A stretch of DNA of 54,659 nt from an uncultured bacterium (GTDB lineage Bacteria; Electryoneota; B3-LCP): the NCBI GenBank assembly GCA_964533705.1, contig CAZHMN010000008.1, positions 1 through 54,659 on the forward strand, given 5' to 3'. The translations under genes and the position numbers were made by a program. Shown in pieces: positions 26,389 through 36,669 of the stretch. Within the stretch, counting starts at the first letter, position 1. The number at the start of each line of letters is the position of its first letter. The notes below the pieces were generated by a model. It made no database searches. It was not told where the DNA came from and saw only the letters and a list, made by a program, of their open reading frames with translations.

Positions 26389-27722
26389 ACAGGGCTACGA
26401 CAAGAATTTACGCAAACATCATTCTGCTGTTCATCGCTGCGGGATTCCTCTGTGGATACAACGCATTTGCCCAGGTTTCAGTGCAGGATCCTGATCTGTT
26501 GAGTCGGCCCATAGATGAGATTGTGATTACGGGCAATAAAATCACGCAGGAAGAGATTATTCTGCGCGAAATGAAGATCAGACCGGGTGAAATGGCCACT
26601 GAAGAGATGCTGGAAGCCGATCGCTTGCGGATACTCGGTCTCGACATCTTCAGCCGAGTTGAATTTGTTCTGAATTCCAGACAGGGGCGAAATGTTTTAC
26701 AAATAAAAGTAACTGAAGAGTGGTATATTTTTCCTCTGCCCTACTGGAATCTCTCCGATGATGAACCGCCCGAAGTGACCTACGGATTCCGGTATCTGCA
26801 GAAGAATTTTCGGGGACGGGCGGAGACCTTGAAAGCGAGTGTCTGGGGCGGATATGATCGTGGTTTCCGCTTCGCTCATGTAACGCCCTGGATGAAAGGT
26901 ACGCCCTCACTGATCAGATCCATAGGTCTTTATCAGAAAACAGAGGAGAGCAGGAACCTGGCGGTGAAGGACCTGGGATTAGAAGCGCGCCACACGGTCG
27001 CCCAACTATTTTTTGGCAAGCGCTGGACAGTGGAGACCATCAGTGAGGTGGGAACTCGCTTTCGGTTGGTGCAGGCTGATAACCCGCTGCAGCTTGCGAC
27101 AGGCGGCGATTTGGATCGGATGCTTGAAGCTATCGTGATTTTTATCTGGGACGGCCGGGATTTGCGCCAATTACCTCGAAAGGGAGCCTACCTGGGTGGG
27201 CGTTTCACCCAGGGATGGTTGCTGAGCGGGCGTCAGCGATATCAGCGCCTCGCTCTCGACTTCCGATATTATCATCCCACCAAGTTCGCTTCAATCTGTT
27301 CCCGCTTGCAATGGCATCCTGGCTGGGGAAACGTGCCGCCTTATGATTGGATTATCGTGGAATCAACGTCGCCGATCCGCAGCTCAAAGTTGAGCGATGA
27401 GGGGAAATCGTTCATAGGACTTTCAGTAGAGGCGCGCTTTGACATTTTCCCGCTGCGCTATTATACCTGGAAGAAGGCACCCTACTTCAAATCTTACTTC
27501 AGAAACCTGAAATACGGTCTTGCGGGTGAGATTTTTATCGACGGGGGTGACGCCTATACCGATCCCATCGAGCCGACTTTGAAGACGTTTATGTGGGGAT
27601 ATGGAGTGGGACTGCTGCTACGCGTTCCCTACGTTGACGTGGTCAGACTGGAGAGCTCCTGGAATCCTGATTACTCTTTCTCTGACGTTCGTTTTTCCTG
27701 GAAAGTCGGTATATCGTTCTAA
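26385..27722 (+). CDS. Omp85-superfamily (BamA/TamA-like) outer-membrane protein with a single POTRA-like domain
   Basis: Signal peptide, a POTRA-like segment IDEIVITGNKITQEEIILREMKIRPGEMATEEMLEADRLRILGLDIFSRVEF, a barrel region, and a C-terminal beta-signal ...FSWKVGISF. Confidence 0.8.
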   Translation: MNRATTRIYANIILLFIAAGFLCGYNAFAQVSVQDPDLLSRPIDEIVITGNKITQEEIILREMKIRPGEMATEEMLEADRLRILGLDIFSRVEFVLNSRQGRNVLQIKVTEEWYIFPLPYWNLSDDEPPEVTYGFRYLQKNFRGRAETLKASVWGGYDRGFRFAHVTPWMKGTPSLIRSIGLYQKTEESRNLAVKDLGLEARHTVAQLFFGKRWTVETISEVGTRFRLVQADNPLQLATGGDLDRMLEAIVIFIWDGRDLRQLPRKGAYLGGRFTQGWLLSGRQRYQRLALDFRYYHPTKFASICSRLQWHPGWGNVPPYDWIIVESTSPIRSSKLSDEGKSFIGLSVEARFDIFPLRYYTWKKAPYFKSYFRNLKYGLAGEIFIDGGDAYTDPIEPTLKTFMWGYGVGLLLRVPYVDVVRLESSWNPDYSFSDVRFSWKVGISF

Positions 27723-27745
27723 GTAATATTACTTTCTGCGAAGCA

Positions 27746-28456
27746 ATGGGGCATCGTTTTAGATTTTATCTCGATCCGGCGGAAATACGCGGGGATAAAG
27801 TCTCCTTCAGTGCAGAAGAAAGCCATCACCTGAGCGGGGTTTTACGCCTGGGAGCCGGGGAAGTGGTCGAAGCCACCGATGGACAGGGTTATGTATTCCG
27901 CGTTCGTCTTGAAAAGATAGAGAATGACCGCTGGAGGGGAAGGATCGTGAATCGCTCTCTCGAAGAAAAGCGAGCGCCGCTGCCTGTTTCTATCGCTATG
28001 CCCTGTTTAAAAAGCGAACGCTGGCAGATAGCGCTGGAAGCAGCATGCGAATTGGGGATTGATTCGCTGTACCCGGTGGATTTCAAAAGGGCTGTGGTGA
28101 AGTGGACGCCGACGCGTCTGGCCAAGGCCAGGCGAAAAGCCATCGAAATTCTGAAGCAGTCATCTGGAAGCCGGCTGACCGAGATTAAGGAACCCTCACC
28201 CCTGGATGGGATAGAAGAGCTGGATAAATTTAACGGAATTTGGGTGGCAGACCCGGCCGGGAATCCAATGCCCGAGATCCCTGAGGGTGCGCTTCTGGTC
28301 GTCGGCCCCGAAGGTGGACTTGACCTCGAAGAGATGGCGCATCTGGATCGCTTCGGAGTGAGACTGTTCAGTCTGGGAAGGCGGCGGTTGCGCTCGGAGA
28401 TCGCCGCAGTGGTTATGCTGTCGCAGGCGGCGTTGAAGTTAAAAGAACATCGTTAG
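27746..28456 (+). CDS. rsmE: 16S rRNA (uracil1498-N3)-methyltransferase
   Basis: MGHRFRFYLDP...HHL..VLRL..GE.V...DG.G..F and a C-terminal LVVGPEGGL...E......G......LG.R.LR.E.AA match RsmE. Confidence 0.88.
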   Translation: MGHRFRFYLDPAEIRGDKVSFSAEESHHLSGVLRLGAGEVVEATDGQGYVFRVRLEKIENDRWRGRIVNRSLEEKRAPLPVSIAMPCLKSERWQIALEAACELGIDSLYPVDFKRAVVKWTPTRLAKARRKAIEILKQSSGSRLTEIKEPSPLDGIEELDKFNGIWVADPAGNPMPEIPEGALLVVGPEGGLDLEEMAHLDRFGVRLFSLGRRRLRSEIAAVVMLSQAALKLKEHR

Positions 28457-28470
28457 TAAATGCGGGAGGT

Positions 28471-28818
28471 ATGGACATGGATTGCCTTTTCTGTAAAATT
28501 GCCGACGGCTCTATTCCCTCTGAGGTCGTTCACCGCGACAACGATCTGGTAGCCTTTCGGGATATCAGGCCGCAGGCACCGGTTCACATCCTGATCATCC
28601 CCACACGGCATATCGAAACCGTTCTGGATTTAAAGGAGGAGGATGACCGCTTGCTGGGAAAGATGGTGATGCTGGCCAACCGTTTGGCGAAAGATGAGGG
28701 AATTGCCGAGGATGGATTTCGCCTGGTTCTCAACTGCAAGAGGCACGGAGGTCAGGAGGTGTATCACATTCATCTTCATCTGTTAGGCGGTAGGGCTATG
28801 GGTTGGCCTCCGGGATAA
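28471..28818 (+). CDS. HIT-family (Hint-like) nucleotide hydrolase
   Basis: CLFCKI......SE.V......VAFRDI.PQAPVHILIIP and the histidine triad HIHLHLLGG. Confidence 0.9.
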   Translation: MDMDCLFCKIADGSIPSEVVHRDNDLVAFRDIRPQAPVHILIIPTRHIETVLDLKEEDDRLLGKMVMLANRLAKDEGIAEDGFRLVLNCKRHGGQEVYHIHLHLLGGRAMGWPPG

Positions 28819-28874
28819 ATTTATCCTAACAGGTGGGAATAATTGATCGTATAAATAGAATTAAAGGAAAATGC

Positions 28875-28903
28875 TTGACAATGATAATATGGATGCGTAA
28901 ATT
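28875..28903 (+). promoter_or_regulatory. Candidate sigma-70-type promoter for rpsU
   Basis: TTGACA (28875-28880), a 17-nt spacer, then TAAATT (28898-28903). A GGAGAG ribosome-binding site precedes the ATG at 28960. Confidence 0.45.
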
Positions 28904-28959
28904 TAAAGTCTTATAAAAATAGACAACCATAGACTACTGAAAGGAGAGAACCGCAGTTT

Positions 28960-29157
28960 ATGACTTATGTCAAAGTACGCGAAGGAGAACCGTTTGAGCG
29001 CGCTTTTCGGCGCTTCACCAAAGCCTGTGAAAAATCCGGTCTGATGGCCGAAATCCGCAAACACCAGCGTTTTGAAAAACCCTCGGACGCCAGGAAGCGC
29101 AAGAGCAACCAGGCTCGCCGCAAAATGCGCAAGCTGATGAGGATGATGAACGAATAG
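28960..29157 (+). CDS. rpsU: 30S ribosomal protein S21
   Basis: V.VREGE.FERA.RRF.K.CEK.G...E.R.H..FEKPS..RKRK is a textbook S21 sequence; 65 aa. Confidence 0.93.
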   Translation: MTYVKVREGEPFERAFRRFTKACEKSGLMAEIRKHQRFEKPSDARKRKSNQARRKMRKLMRMMNE

Positions 29158-29324
29158 CAATTTTCAATCAGAAAACTCCGCACACATACCGATCATTCGC
29201 AGACTATTCAAACCGAAGGACATCATCCTTTTCGGTTGGGTTTCTGTGAGTTTAAATCAGGCTTATTGAGGTAGCAAACTATCACAAGGAGGTCTGATTT
29301 TTTCTATCGGTAGGTTGTGAATTC

Positions 29325-29368
29325 GAAAAAAATTGGCTCTCATCAATAAATATGAGAGCCATTTATTT
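29325..29368 (-). terminator. Bidirectional rho-independent terminator at the convergence of rpsU and the metalloprotease gene
   Basis: Perfect 10-bp stem TGGCTCTCAT (29334-29343) / ATGAGAGCCA (29352-29361). It is flanked by AAAAAAATT on one side and TTTATTT on the other. Confidence 0.65.
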
Positions 29369-29382
29369 AAACCTATAGGCCG

Positions 29383-32307
29383 CTATTTTATGAGTACTAT
29401 CTTTTGTACAGCTTCAAAATCGTTGGCTGTCAACCGGCACAGATAGATGCCGGAAGCCAGCCTGCCGCCTTTAAAAGTCACCTGATGCCATCCTGCACTG
29501 TAGTGGTCATTTGCGAGGACGCCGACGACCTGTCCTCGGGTATTATAGATCGTAATGCTGACGTCAGCCACTTCGGGCAACGCGAATCCGATGTTCGTCA
29601 GGGGATTGAAGGGGTTGGGGTAAATGGGTCCCAGGGCATATTCATCGGGCAGGTTGTGTGCTATTTTGTCATCTTCCACCGGAACGATGATCTCTCCGGT
29701 GACGGCCAGATCGTCAATGTACCATCCGAAGAGGCTGCCCGTTTCGTCAGTGATCGTCCTGAAGCGGAAGCGCAGCTCGTCGCAGGAGCCTGCGCAATAA
29801 TCGTCGAGCGCGATTTCCCGCAAAAACCACTGGTCTTCCGCACCGGTAATTTCGAATAAGGTTTCCCAGGGGCCGTTGTCGGCCGATACCTCTAACTTCC
29901 CCCAGTCAGAATTCTCTTCCAACAGATGTCTTTCCCGGAAGGACAGCCATGCTCTGGTGAAATCGGTGAGATTCCAGGATTGATCCCACCCGGCCCAGGT
30001 GTCGGAGTTGGGGGGATACTGGGTGCCCGGGCTGTCTTCGATGGAGTGCGTTCCGCTGAATGATGATTGCGTTGTGATTCCCCACTCCCCCGTAAAAATC
30101 CAGGGCCCCAAAGGTCCTTCGAAGTCATCCAGTTGGGCGCTGGCCGCTATCGGGAACATCTGTACCAGCCCGTCAGTGCTGTTCTGCTGGCTGGATGAGT
30201 CATAAGCGCGTACGAAGTATTGAACCACCTGATTGAACTGCTGGCCGGAATAAGAGAGCGTCCCCGCGAAGGTATCTGCGGATACGGCGTTCATTTGAAC
30301 GGACTGCCAATCACTCAGACCGATTTTCCAATGAAGTTCAGCGGAGCCAATTCCGATGTTGTCGGATGCCGCGGCCTGCACCTGAAAAGAAGCCGTTATG
30401 AATATCGTCTCACCCAGCGAATCCGTCCAGACGACCTGCGGGGGCACAACGTCCCGTCCCACGTAAAATTGGAAATTTTCCGTCGGTGCGCCTTCCGGCA
30501 GAAAAGACGTCATCCCCAGCGTATCCGCCGCGCACAGATAATAGGAAATCAATTGCTCGTTGAACGGCCCGGGGATGATGCCGCTGTATTCGTCGGGATT
30601 GCCGGTCGGGGAAAGTGCGACGGCGCTGAAGGGATCTTCGTCAGCCTGCCAGAAGAGCTGCAGGGAAGATGCCTCGAGGGGAAGGTTTGAAGTGATCTCA
30701 GCGAAGACCTCGAATTCAGTCTGCAGCGTATCTTCCGTATCGCCCAGAGGTTCGTGAACGATGGTTGGGTAGTAGTTGACAGGATCAACAAATCCCCGTT
30801 CTGCGAAGTTTTCAACGATGATCTCCCGGAACAATCCAGCGTATAATTCCAGCTCAGTGACCAGAATGGCTTCGGCGGCGTCTTCCATCAAAGCGCCGTC
30901 ACCGATCAGGAAATGGTGTTGCAACACGATGCGATCCCAGGCGACGCGGTCGGGTATATCCCACCAGACGTCCATCAAACCCGCCGACCAGAGCTGGCCG
31001 GAATCGTGCACTTCGCCTCCCGCGTTCTCGGGGTAATGGTAAGGTGCATTTAAAATACGCCCGGCCCAGAACTCGTTGTGCCCGTCCCAGTTGAACACCC
31101 AATCGGGCTGGAAGTTGGGATTAACCGTGAGACTGTACGATCCGGCCAGATAGTCGCCAAAACCTTCACCCATGGCGCCGGTGTGTCCTCCGCTCCAGAA
31201 AGGATTAATGTCATCCTGGACGGCGTGTCCGTATTCATGTAGGATGACGTCGGCGTCTTCGCCGTCGTCAACCCCGCCGTAGCCGTAGGTGATAATCCGG
31301 CTGAAGGGACTGTACCAGGATTGATCTTCCGGCGTGCCATTGACGTTACAAATCTGCTGGCGGTTGTTGGCGTTGAAGGTCTGCAGCTCGTCCTGGAAAT
31401 AGCGCTGTTCTCGGTCTATGTGATAATAGACCATAACCTCCTCAAAGCGGTCATCTTCCCGCCAGTAGAGAAATTCGGGTGAAGGTTCGGCGGCTCGGTT
31501 ACTGGTTTCAGAAGTACTGACGAAAGGGCCGTCAAGGTAATACAAACCGCCTACTGGAGGGTCGTTCAAATCCAGCAGGGTAACGTTCGTGTAAGCTTCT
31601 TCGGGGATGGCCGCGTTGGAGTCTCCCTGATCGGTGAGGGAATTGTCCTCCAGGGCCGTCTTGGGATCCGGATCGAAGATGCGTCCGCTCCCATCGGCGA
31701 AAATGCGGCGGTCAACCTGCCGCAGGATTGCGCCGGATACGGCATCCACCCATATTTCCCAATCCGCCGGCGGATTCAGGCCGGGTAATCGCAGCCGGTA
31801 GATCAGCTTTCCGGAGGACGTGTAACCCAGGGCCGCCTCGGGGTCCGCGCGCAGGCGTTTGGAATCCAGACTGCTGATGGCGATATTCAACGCTTCCCCT
31901 GAAGAAACCACGGGGGTCTGACGGGAAAAGGGGTAAGTGGACAGCTCATTGAAGACCGTTCTGACGCGATCACCAGAAACGATCAGGATCAACGGTGCTT
32001 CGAAGACTGGAAGGCCATAGGCCCGCTGCTCGAAAACGTACCTCCGACCGATGTTTGTGGAAACAGTTTTCTGCAGTACTATTTCAATGTCAGGATTATC
32101 TGGAACGCCCAAAAGGCTGCGATGGTGATGGATAAAGCGCTCAACTCGAACAGATTCGTCATCGCTGCCGGGGAGGGCAATCGCTTCCCAGGAACGTTTT
32201 AAAACTCCACCACTTGAACGATAGCCACCGAGCCCATAAGCAATTTGAAGGCGAACCGCAAAAAACAGGATGGTCAGGGCTAAGCCGAAAACTCTAATCT
32301 TGCCCAT
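29383..32307 (-). CDS. Secreted multidomain glu-zincin metalloprotease (M4/M36-like, HEYGH) with a PepSY-like propeptide, a MAM-like domain and a T9SS C-terminal sorting domain
   Basis: Signal peptide. The PepSY-like segment is WEIWVDAVSGAILRQVD. The zinc site is ILHEYGHAV plus GEGFGDYLA 18 aa later. The MAM-like region is DDFEG..GPW...G.WG....SFSG.HS...S. The C-terminus YPNPFNPLTNIGFALP...VSITIYNTRGQVV...SGIYLCRL fits the Por secretion tail pattern. Confidence 0.85.
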   Translation of the reverse strand: MGKIRVFGLALTILFFAVRLQIAYGLGGYRSSGGVLKRSWEAIALPGSDDESVRVERFIHHHRSLLGVPDNPDIEIVLQKTVSTNIGRRYVFEQRAYGLPVFEAPLILIVSGDRVRTVFNELSTYPFSRQTPVVSSGEALNIAISSLDSKRLRADPEAALGYTSSGKLIYRLRLPGLNPPADWEIWVDAVSGAILRQVDRRIFADGSGRIFDPDPKTALEDNSLTDQGDSNAAIPEEAYTNVTLLDLNDPPVGGLYYLDGPFVSTSETSNRAAEPSPEFLYWREDDRFEEVMVYYHIDREQRYFQDELQTFNANNRQQICNVNGTPEDQSWYSPFSRIITYGYGGVDDGEDADVILHEYGHAVQDDINPFWSGGHTGAMGEGFGDYLAGSYSLTVNPNFQPDWVFNWDGHNEFWAGRILNAPYHYPENAGGEVHDSGQLWSAGLMDVWWDIPDRVAWDRIVLQHHFLIGDGALMEDAAEAILVTELELYAGLFREIIVENFAERGFVDPVNYYPTIVHEPLGDTEDTLQTEFEVFAEITSNLPLEASSLQLFWQADEDPFSAVALSPTGNPDEYSGIIPGPFNEQLISYYLCAADTLGMTSFLPEGAPTENFQFYVGRDVVPPQVVWTDSLGETIFITASFQVQAAASDNIGIGSAELHWKIGLSDWQSVQMNAVSADTFAGTLSYSGQQFNQVVQYFVRAYDSSSQQNSTDGLVQMFPIAASAQLDDFEGPLGPWIFTGEWGITTQSSFSGTHSIEDSPGTQYPPNSDTWAGWDQSWNLTDFTRAWLSFRERHLLEENSDWGKLEVSADNGPWETLFEITGAEDQWFLREIALDDYCAGSCDELRFRFRTITDETGSLFGWYIDDLAVTGEIIVPVEDDKIAHNLPDEYALGPIYPNPFNPLTNIGFALPEVADVSITIYNTRGQVVGVLANDHYSAGWHQVTFKGGRLASGIYLCRLTANDFEAVQKIVLIK

Positions 32308-33106
32308 GATATTTTAGGACCTCAATGGTCAATTCCTCCGGAAGTTGATCAGCCCTGATTCTGATTGAACTTGAAGCTCGGCGATTGACGTGATCATAGC
32401 CTTCCAGAAATGGAGCGACGCCCTCAATGGGGAATCCTGCAGACAGCACCGCCGTTTTGTAATGCATGGGGATGACAATGCGGGGTGAGAGTGCGGCTAC
32501 GACTTGTTTGGCTACCTCTGCATCAATGGTATAGTAGCCTCCGACGGGAACCATCAGCACGTCCACCGGTTTCAACTGCTTTACTTGAACGGAATCCAGC
32601 ATTTCCCCCAGATCGCCAAGGTGCACAAAGGTGATACCTTCAACCGTGAAGCGGATGATGCCGTTGGCGCCGCGCAAAGCGCCGCCGCGGTCATCGTGAA
32701 AAGAGGGCACCGTCGAGCAGCTAAAGGCTTTGCCATCCAGATCAATAGACGGTGACTCCTCTTCGCCCTTCAGTTCGGCTCCGTTTACTGTCACGCGAAA
32801 AGTCGGTTCCCTACCATTGGCTCGCAAAATTGTCCGGGAGGGAACCAGATCCACGGCGTTGTGATCGAAATGGTCATGCGTCGAGAAGATGAGGTTTACG
32901 CTCTCTTCAGGTAGCTGGTAAGGGATTCGGGTGGTATCATAAGGATCGGTCAGGATCTTAGCCCCGTTCTCAAGCGTGAGCAAGAAGCAGGAGTGGCCGT
33001 ACCATTCGAGGGTAACCGATCCAGGTTGACTGGCCATGGCTTCCTCCGAAAAGATGGTGAACGCTATCCCCAACCCGGCAAGGGTTGCATAAAGGATGAA
33101 TTTCAT
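32294..33106 (-). CDS. Secreted MBL-fold metallo-hydrolase (UPF0173-like)
   Basis: The motif HDHFDHN and a later HLGDLG match the metallo-beta-lactamase fold. I prefer the start at ATG 33106 (MKFILYATLAGLGIAFTIFSEEAMA, a signal peptide). The track start at 33214 would leave only 12 bp for divergent promoters with tilS. Its stop overlaps the protease start by 14 nt. Confidence 0.75.
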   Translation of the reverse strand: MKFILYATLAGLGIAFTIFSEEAMASQPGSVTLEWYGHSCFLLTLENGAKILTDPYDTTRIPYQLPEESVNLIFSTHDHFDHNAVDLVPSRTILRANGREPTFRVTVNGAELKGEEESPSIDLDGKAFSCSTVPSFHDDRGGALRGANGIIRFTVEGITFVHLGDLGEMLDSVQVKQLKPVDVLMVPVGGYYTIDAEVAKQVVAALSPRIVIPMHYKTAVLSAGFPIEGVAPFLEGYDHVNRRASSSIRIRADQLPEELTIEVLKYHGQD

Positions 33107-33226
33107 GGAGAATTTTCCGTTTGATTTCGTATATTGTACAATATAAGCTATTAATATTGCGGACGCAATCAGAACCGGTGCCATTTCGTTTTTGGCAGCG
33201 AAGTTTGACGACAAAGGAGTTCATGG

Positions 33227-34609
33227 GTGGCGGATCTTCCCGGCATTTTAAGAAAATTCCTGGCTGCTCATAAAATATCAGGCGGTACTGTGCCCCGCAT
33301 TCTGGTTGCAGTTTCAGGGGGTGCGGATTCGATGGCCCTGTTAGGGGCTGCGGAACATCTGCTGCGAACCGAGGAAATCGAGTTGTGCGCGGCTCATCTC
33401 ATCCATTCCCCGGCTTCTCATGAAGCCAGAGGGCGCGCCGAATTGGTGCGGGGCTATTGCGCAAAAATCGGCGTACACCTAATTGTCGAAGAACTTAGGG
33501 CTGAGAAGGTGAACGCAAACCTATCCCCTGAAGAGAGAATGCGCGAAGCACGTTATCGGTTCCTCGATAGGGCGGCGAAAGCGCAATCTTGCGATTATAT
33601 CTTAACGGGCCACCACGCCGATGACCAGGCCGAAACGGTGCTTCAGCGCGTGTTATCGGGAACGGGACTGCGAGGTTTGGCCGGGATTCCCGAAGAGAGA
33701 GACAACCTGCTTCGCCCCTTTCTTTCCGTTCGAAAATCAGACCTGCTTGATTATTGCGAAGAGCAGGGCATTCCATTTTCAGAGGATCCCACGAATTTCA
33801 GTTTGAGGATCCCGAGGAATTTCATCCGCCACAGATTGCTCCCTCTGATTGAAGCGAGACTTAATCCTGAAGTAAGTGAAGCTTTATGCAGGTTAAGTGA
33901 GTGGACGAAAGAAGCCAACAGAGTAATTGGTTCGACCGTGGAAGAATGCTGGGAAAAATCACTGTTAAGTTTCCAAAAAGGCAAAATTGTTATTGATATT
34001 GATTCTATTTTAGTGTATTTTACATTGATACGGAAATATACGATCCAGAAAGCAATTAATACAGCGGCAGGGCGAGATGTGCATCTCAACGCCAAAGATC
34101 TGGATCGCATCATCGAATTTGTGGATACAAGCCGTACCGGTTCCTATCTGGAATTCCCCGGCGGCGTCAGGGTAGTTCGCCACGGACGATCACTGATCAT
34201 TACGGTCTTGAAGAACCACCAGTTTCGCTGTCCCTTGGAAACGGGAAACGACCGCGTAATACCTGAAATGTCCCTCAGGGCGGTTTGGGAAAAGGCGGTC
34301 GCCAAACCTTTTCTGGTGGGGGATGAGTGGGCTGCTGATATGAACGTTGGTCCAGGTGGTACCCAGCTTACGCTTCGCTACGCGGAGGAAGGCGATCGAT
34401 TCCGTCCCCTGGGTTCACCCGGCGAAAAAAAACTCTTCCGCTTTTTGACGGATCGCAAAGTATCACGGTTTGATAAGCGATCCACCCCGGTACTCGAGCG
34501 GGAAGGTGAGATCATCTGGGTGGTCGGACACCGAATTGCAGAGTCGGTTCGCGTTCGGAACGTAACCGATCAAACCTGGAGGTTAAGTTTGTTGCAGCTG
34601 GAAGATTAA
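33227..34609 (+). CDS. tilS: tRNA(Ile)-lysidine synthase
   Basis: PP-loop [12 protein letters not shown], and [14 protein letters not shown]...G.G..GL.G. It uses a GTG start with AAGGAG 7 nt upstream, and sits in the classic position upstream of ftsH. Confidence 0.9.
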   Translation: MADLPGILRKFLAAHKISGGTVPRILVAVSGGADSMALLGAAEHLLRTEEIELCAAHLIHSPASHEARGRAELVRGYCAKIGVHLIVEELRAEKVNANLSPEERMREARYRFLDRAAKAQSCDYILTGHHADDQAETVLQRVLSGTGLRGLAGIPEERDNLLRPFLSVRKSDLLDYCEEQGIPFSEDPTNFSLRIPRNFIRHRLLPLIEARLNPEVSEALCRLSEWTKEANRVIGSTVEECWEKSLLSFQKGKIVIDIDSILVYFTLIRKYTIQKAINTAAGRDVHLNAKDLDRIIEFVDTSRTGSYLEFPGGVRVVRHGRSLIITVLKNHQFRCPLETGNDRVIPEMSLRAVWEKAVAKPFLVGDEWAADMNVGPGGTQLTLRYAEEGDRFRPLGSPGEKKLFRFLTDRKVSRFDKRSTPVLEREGEIIWVVGHRIAESVRVRNVTDQTWRLSLLQLED

Positions 34610-34638
34610 AGTATCAGAGTATTTCGACTATTACGAAA

Positions 34639-36657
34639 GTGAATAAGAATAACAACAGACAGGGCAACAAGGGACGCAGACCCAACCCTGACGATAAATT
34701 TGAATGGAAGAAGGCGGCCAGAACGGTCTCGTTCTGGATTCTGATCTTCCTCGCCTCCATCGTCATCGCCCAGGCATTTAATTTCGGTGAACGACGGGAA
34801 GTCAGCATCCCCTATACCGAGTATCGCCAGCTTCTGGAAGCTGGACAGATTATATCCGGATATATAATTGAGAACGAGTTTCACGGCGAGTATCAGGCCG
34901 ACGTTAATGATCCTTCTTCCGAAAAAGTGCGCTTTCAAACCATCCTGCCTTTTATCGAAAACTGGATGCTGGAAGAGTGGGATGAAAAAGGCGTTGATTA
35001 CGAATTCCGGGAAAAAGCCACCAATATTCTGGGCTACTTCTTCACCGCCATCTTTCCCTGGTTGATCCTGATCGGTTTGTGGATCTTTTTCATGCGCAGA
35101 CTTCAGGGCGGAGGACCAAAAGGGGTCTTTTCTTTCGGAAAGAGCCGGGCAAAGCTATTAACGGAGAACCGCCCTCAGGTTACCTTTGCTGACGTCGCTG
35201 GAGCTGATGAGGCGAAAGAAGAGCTGCAAGAGATTATCGAATTTCTCAAGGATCCCAAGAAATTCCAGAAGCTGGGCGGCAGAATACCGCGCGGAGCGCT
35301 GTTGCTGGGGCCTCCCGGTACCGGGAAAACGCTGTTAGCCAGAGCGGTCGCCGGAGAAGCCGGTGTGCCCTTCTTTTCCATGTCGGGTGCCGACTTCGTC
35401 GAGATGTTCGTCGGTGTTGGTGCGTCGCGCGTGCGCGACCTCTTCGAACAGGGGAAGAAGAACGCGCCCTGCATCATCTTCATTGACGAGATTGACGCTG
35501 TGGGCAGACACCGCGGCGCCGGTTTGGGTGGGGGGCACGATGAGCGGGAGCAGACTTTGAACCAGCTCCTCGTTGAAATGGACGGCTTCGAATCCAATGA
35601 AGGCGTCATCCTGCTTGCCGCCACCAACCGTCCCGACGTCCTGGATCCGGCCCTGATGAGGCCGGGTCGGTTCGACCGCCAGATCATCGTGGATCGGCCC
35701 GACGTGCGCGGCCGCGAAGGCATCCTCAAAGTGCATACCAAGAAAATCCCATTGGACGAGGATGTTGATCTTAAGGTTCTGGCCAAGGGAACCCCGGGGC
35801 TGGCCGGCGCTGAATTAGCCAATCTGGCCAATGAGGCTGCTTTGCTGGCAGCCAAACGTGATGCCGATCGCGTCACGATGGAAGACCTGGAATTGGCCAA
35901 GGATAAGGTCATGATGGGGGTGGAGCGCAAAAGCCTGCTGATCAGTGAAGATGAGAAGCGAACCACGGCCTATCACGAAGCAGGTCATGTGCTGGTCTCC
36001 AAGCTGGTGCCCGGCGCAGATCCGGTTCACAAGGTTACGATCATTCCCCGGGGCCGCGCCCTGGGACTGACGTCCTACCTGCCCATTGATGAGAAACACA
36101 ATTACTCCAAGGAATATCTCCAGGCTATCCTAACCCACCTTTTAGGTGGGCGAGCGGCGGAACTCATCGTTTTCGATCAACTGACCACGGGTGCGGGTAA
36201 CGATATCGAGCGCGCCACCGAGATCGCTCGTAAGATGGTCTGCGAATGGGGAATGTCAGACAGACTGGGGCCGCTTACATTCGGAAAGAAGGAGGAGGAG
36301 ATCTTTCTGGGGCGCGAGATCGCCAAGCATCGCGACTACAGCGAGCAGACCGCCATCGAAATAGATGCAGAGGTGCGCAGGATTGTGATGGAAGCCGCAG
36401 ACCGCTCTCACCGTATCCTCTCAGAGAATAAAGACAAACTTCACAGGTTGGCTGATGCCTTGCTGGAGAGGGAAATTCTCGATGGCGATGAGATTGATCG
36501 AATTATGAAAGGTGAAGAGTTTGTAGCGAATGCATCGAAGAAGGCGGCTAAATCAAAGGCGGTAAAGACAAAAGCCGCCAGGATAAAAAAGAAGAAAGCG
36601 AAGAAAGAGGATTTGTCGCCTGAAGGCGGAGAGGAGCCTTCACCGGCTACTGCTTAA
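34639..36657 (+). CDS. ftsH: ATP-dependent zinc metalloprotease FtsH
   Basis: Two N-terminal TM segments, Walker [12 protein letters not shown], Walker [13 protein letters not shown] region [19 protein letters not shown], and zinc site HEAGH. Confidence 0.97.
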   Translation: MNKNNNRQGNKGRRPNPDDKFEWKKAARTVSFWILIFLASIVIAQAFNFGERREVSIPYTEYRQLLEAGQIISGYIIENEFHGEYQADVNDPSSEKVRFQTILPFIENWMLEEWDEKGVDYEFREKATNILGYFFTAIFPWLILIGLWIFFMRRLQGGGPKGVFSFGKSRAKLLTENRPQVTFADVAGADEAKEELQEIIEFLKDPKKFQKLGGRIPRGALLLGPPGTGKTLLARAVAGEAGVPFFSMSGADFVEMFVGVGASRVRDLFEQGKKNAPCIIFIDEIDAVGRHRGAGLGGGHDEREQTLNQLLVEMDGFESNEGVILLAATNRPDVLDPALMRPGRFDRQIIVDRPDVRGREGILKVHTKKIPLDEDVDLKVLAKGTPGLAGAELANLANEAALLAAKRDADRVTMEDLELAKDKVMMGVERKSLLISEDEKRTTAYHEAGHVLVSKLVPGADPVHKVTIIPRGRALGLTSYLPIDEKHNYSKEYLQAILTHLLGGRAAELIVFDQLTTGAGNDIERATEIARKMVCEWGMSDRLGPLTFGKKEEEIFLGREIAKHRDYSEQTAIEIDAEVRRIVMEAADRSHRILSENKDKLHRLADALLEREILDGDEIDRIMKGEEFVANASKKAAKSKAVKTKAARIKKKKAKKEDLSPEGGEEPSPATA

Positions 36658-36669
36658 AGAAAGAGGAAT

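Noticed and set aside
29158-29324. A possible small RNA in the 225-nt rpsU-protease convergent spacer (imperfect hairpins at about 29203-29236 and 29255-29300).
   Set aside because: The hairpins are bulged or have very long loops. I see no resemblance to SRP, 6S or tmRNA cores. It is more simply the rpsU 3' UTR and terminator region.
34606-34938. A 110-aa minus-strand ORF spans the tilS-ftsH junction, where hpt often sits.
   Set aside because: It overlaps the well-supported ftsH N-terminus and tilS stop on the opposite strand, and has no similarity to Hpt. hpt is simply absent from this locus.
35175-35966. A 263-aa minus-strand ORF, plus a 133-aa ORF at 35335-35736, lying antisense inside ftsH.
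   Set aside because: The sequence is Ser/Arg/Ala/Pro-rich and low in complexity, with no motifs. It lies opposite the most conserved AAA+ part of FtsH, as a typical shadow ORF of a GC-biased third-position frame.
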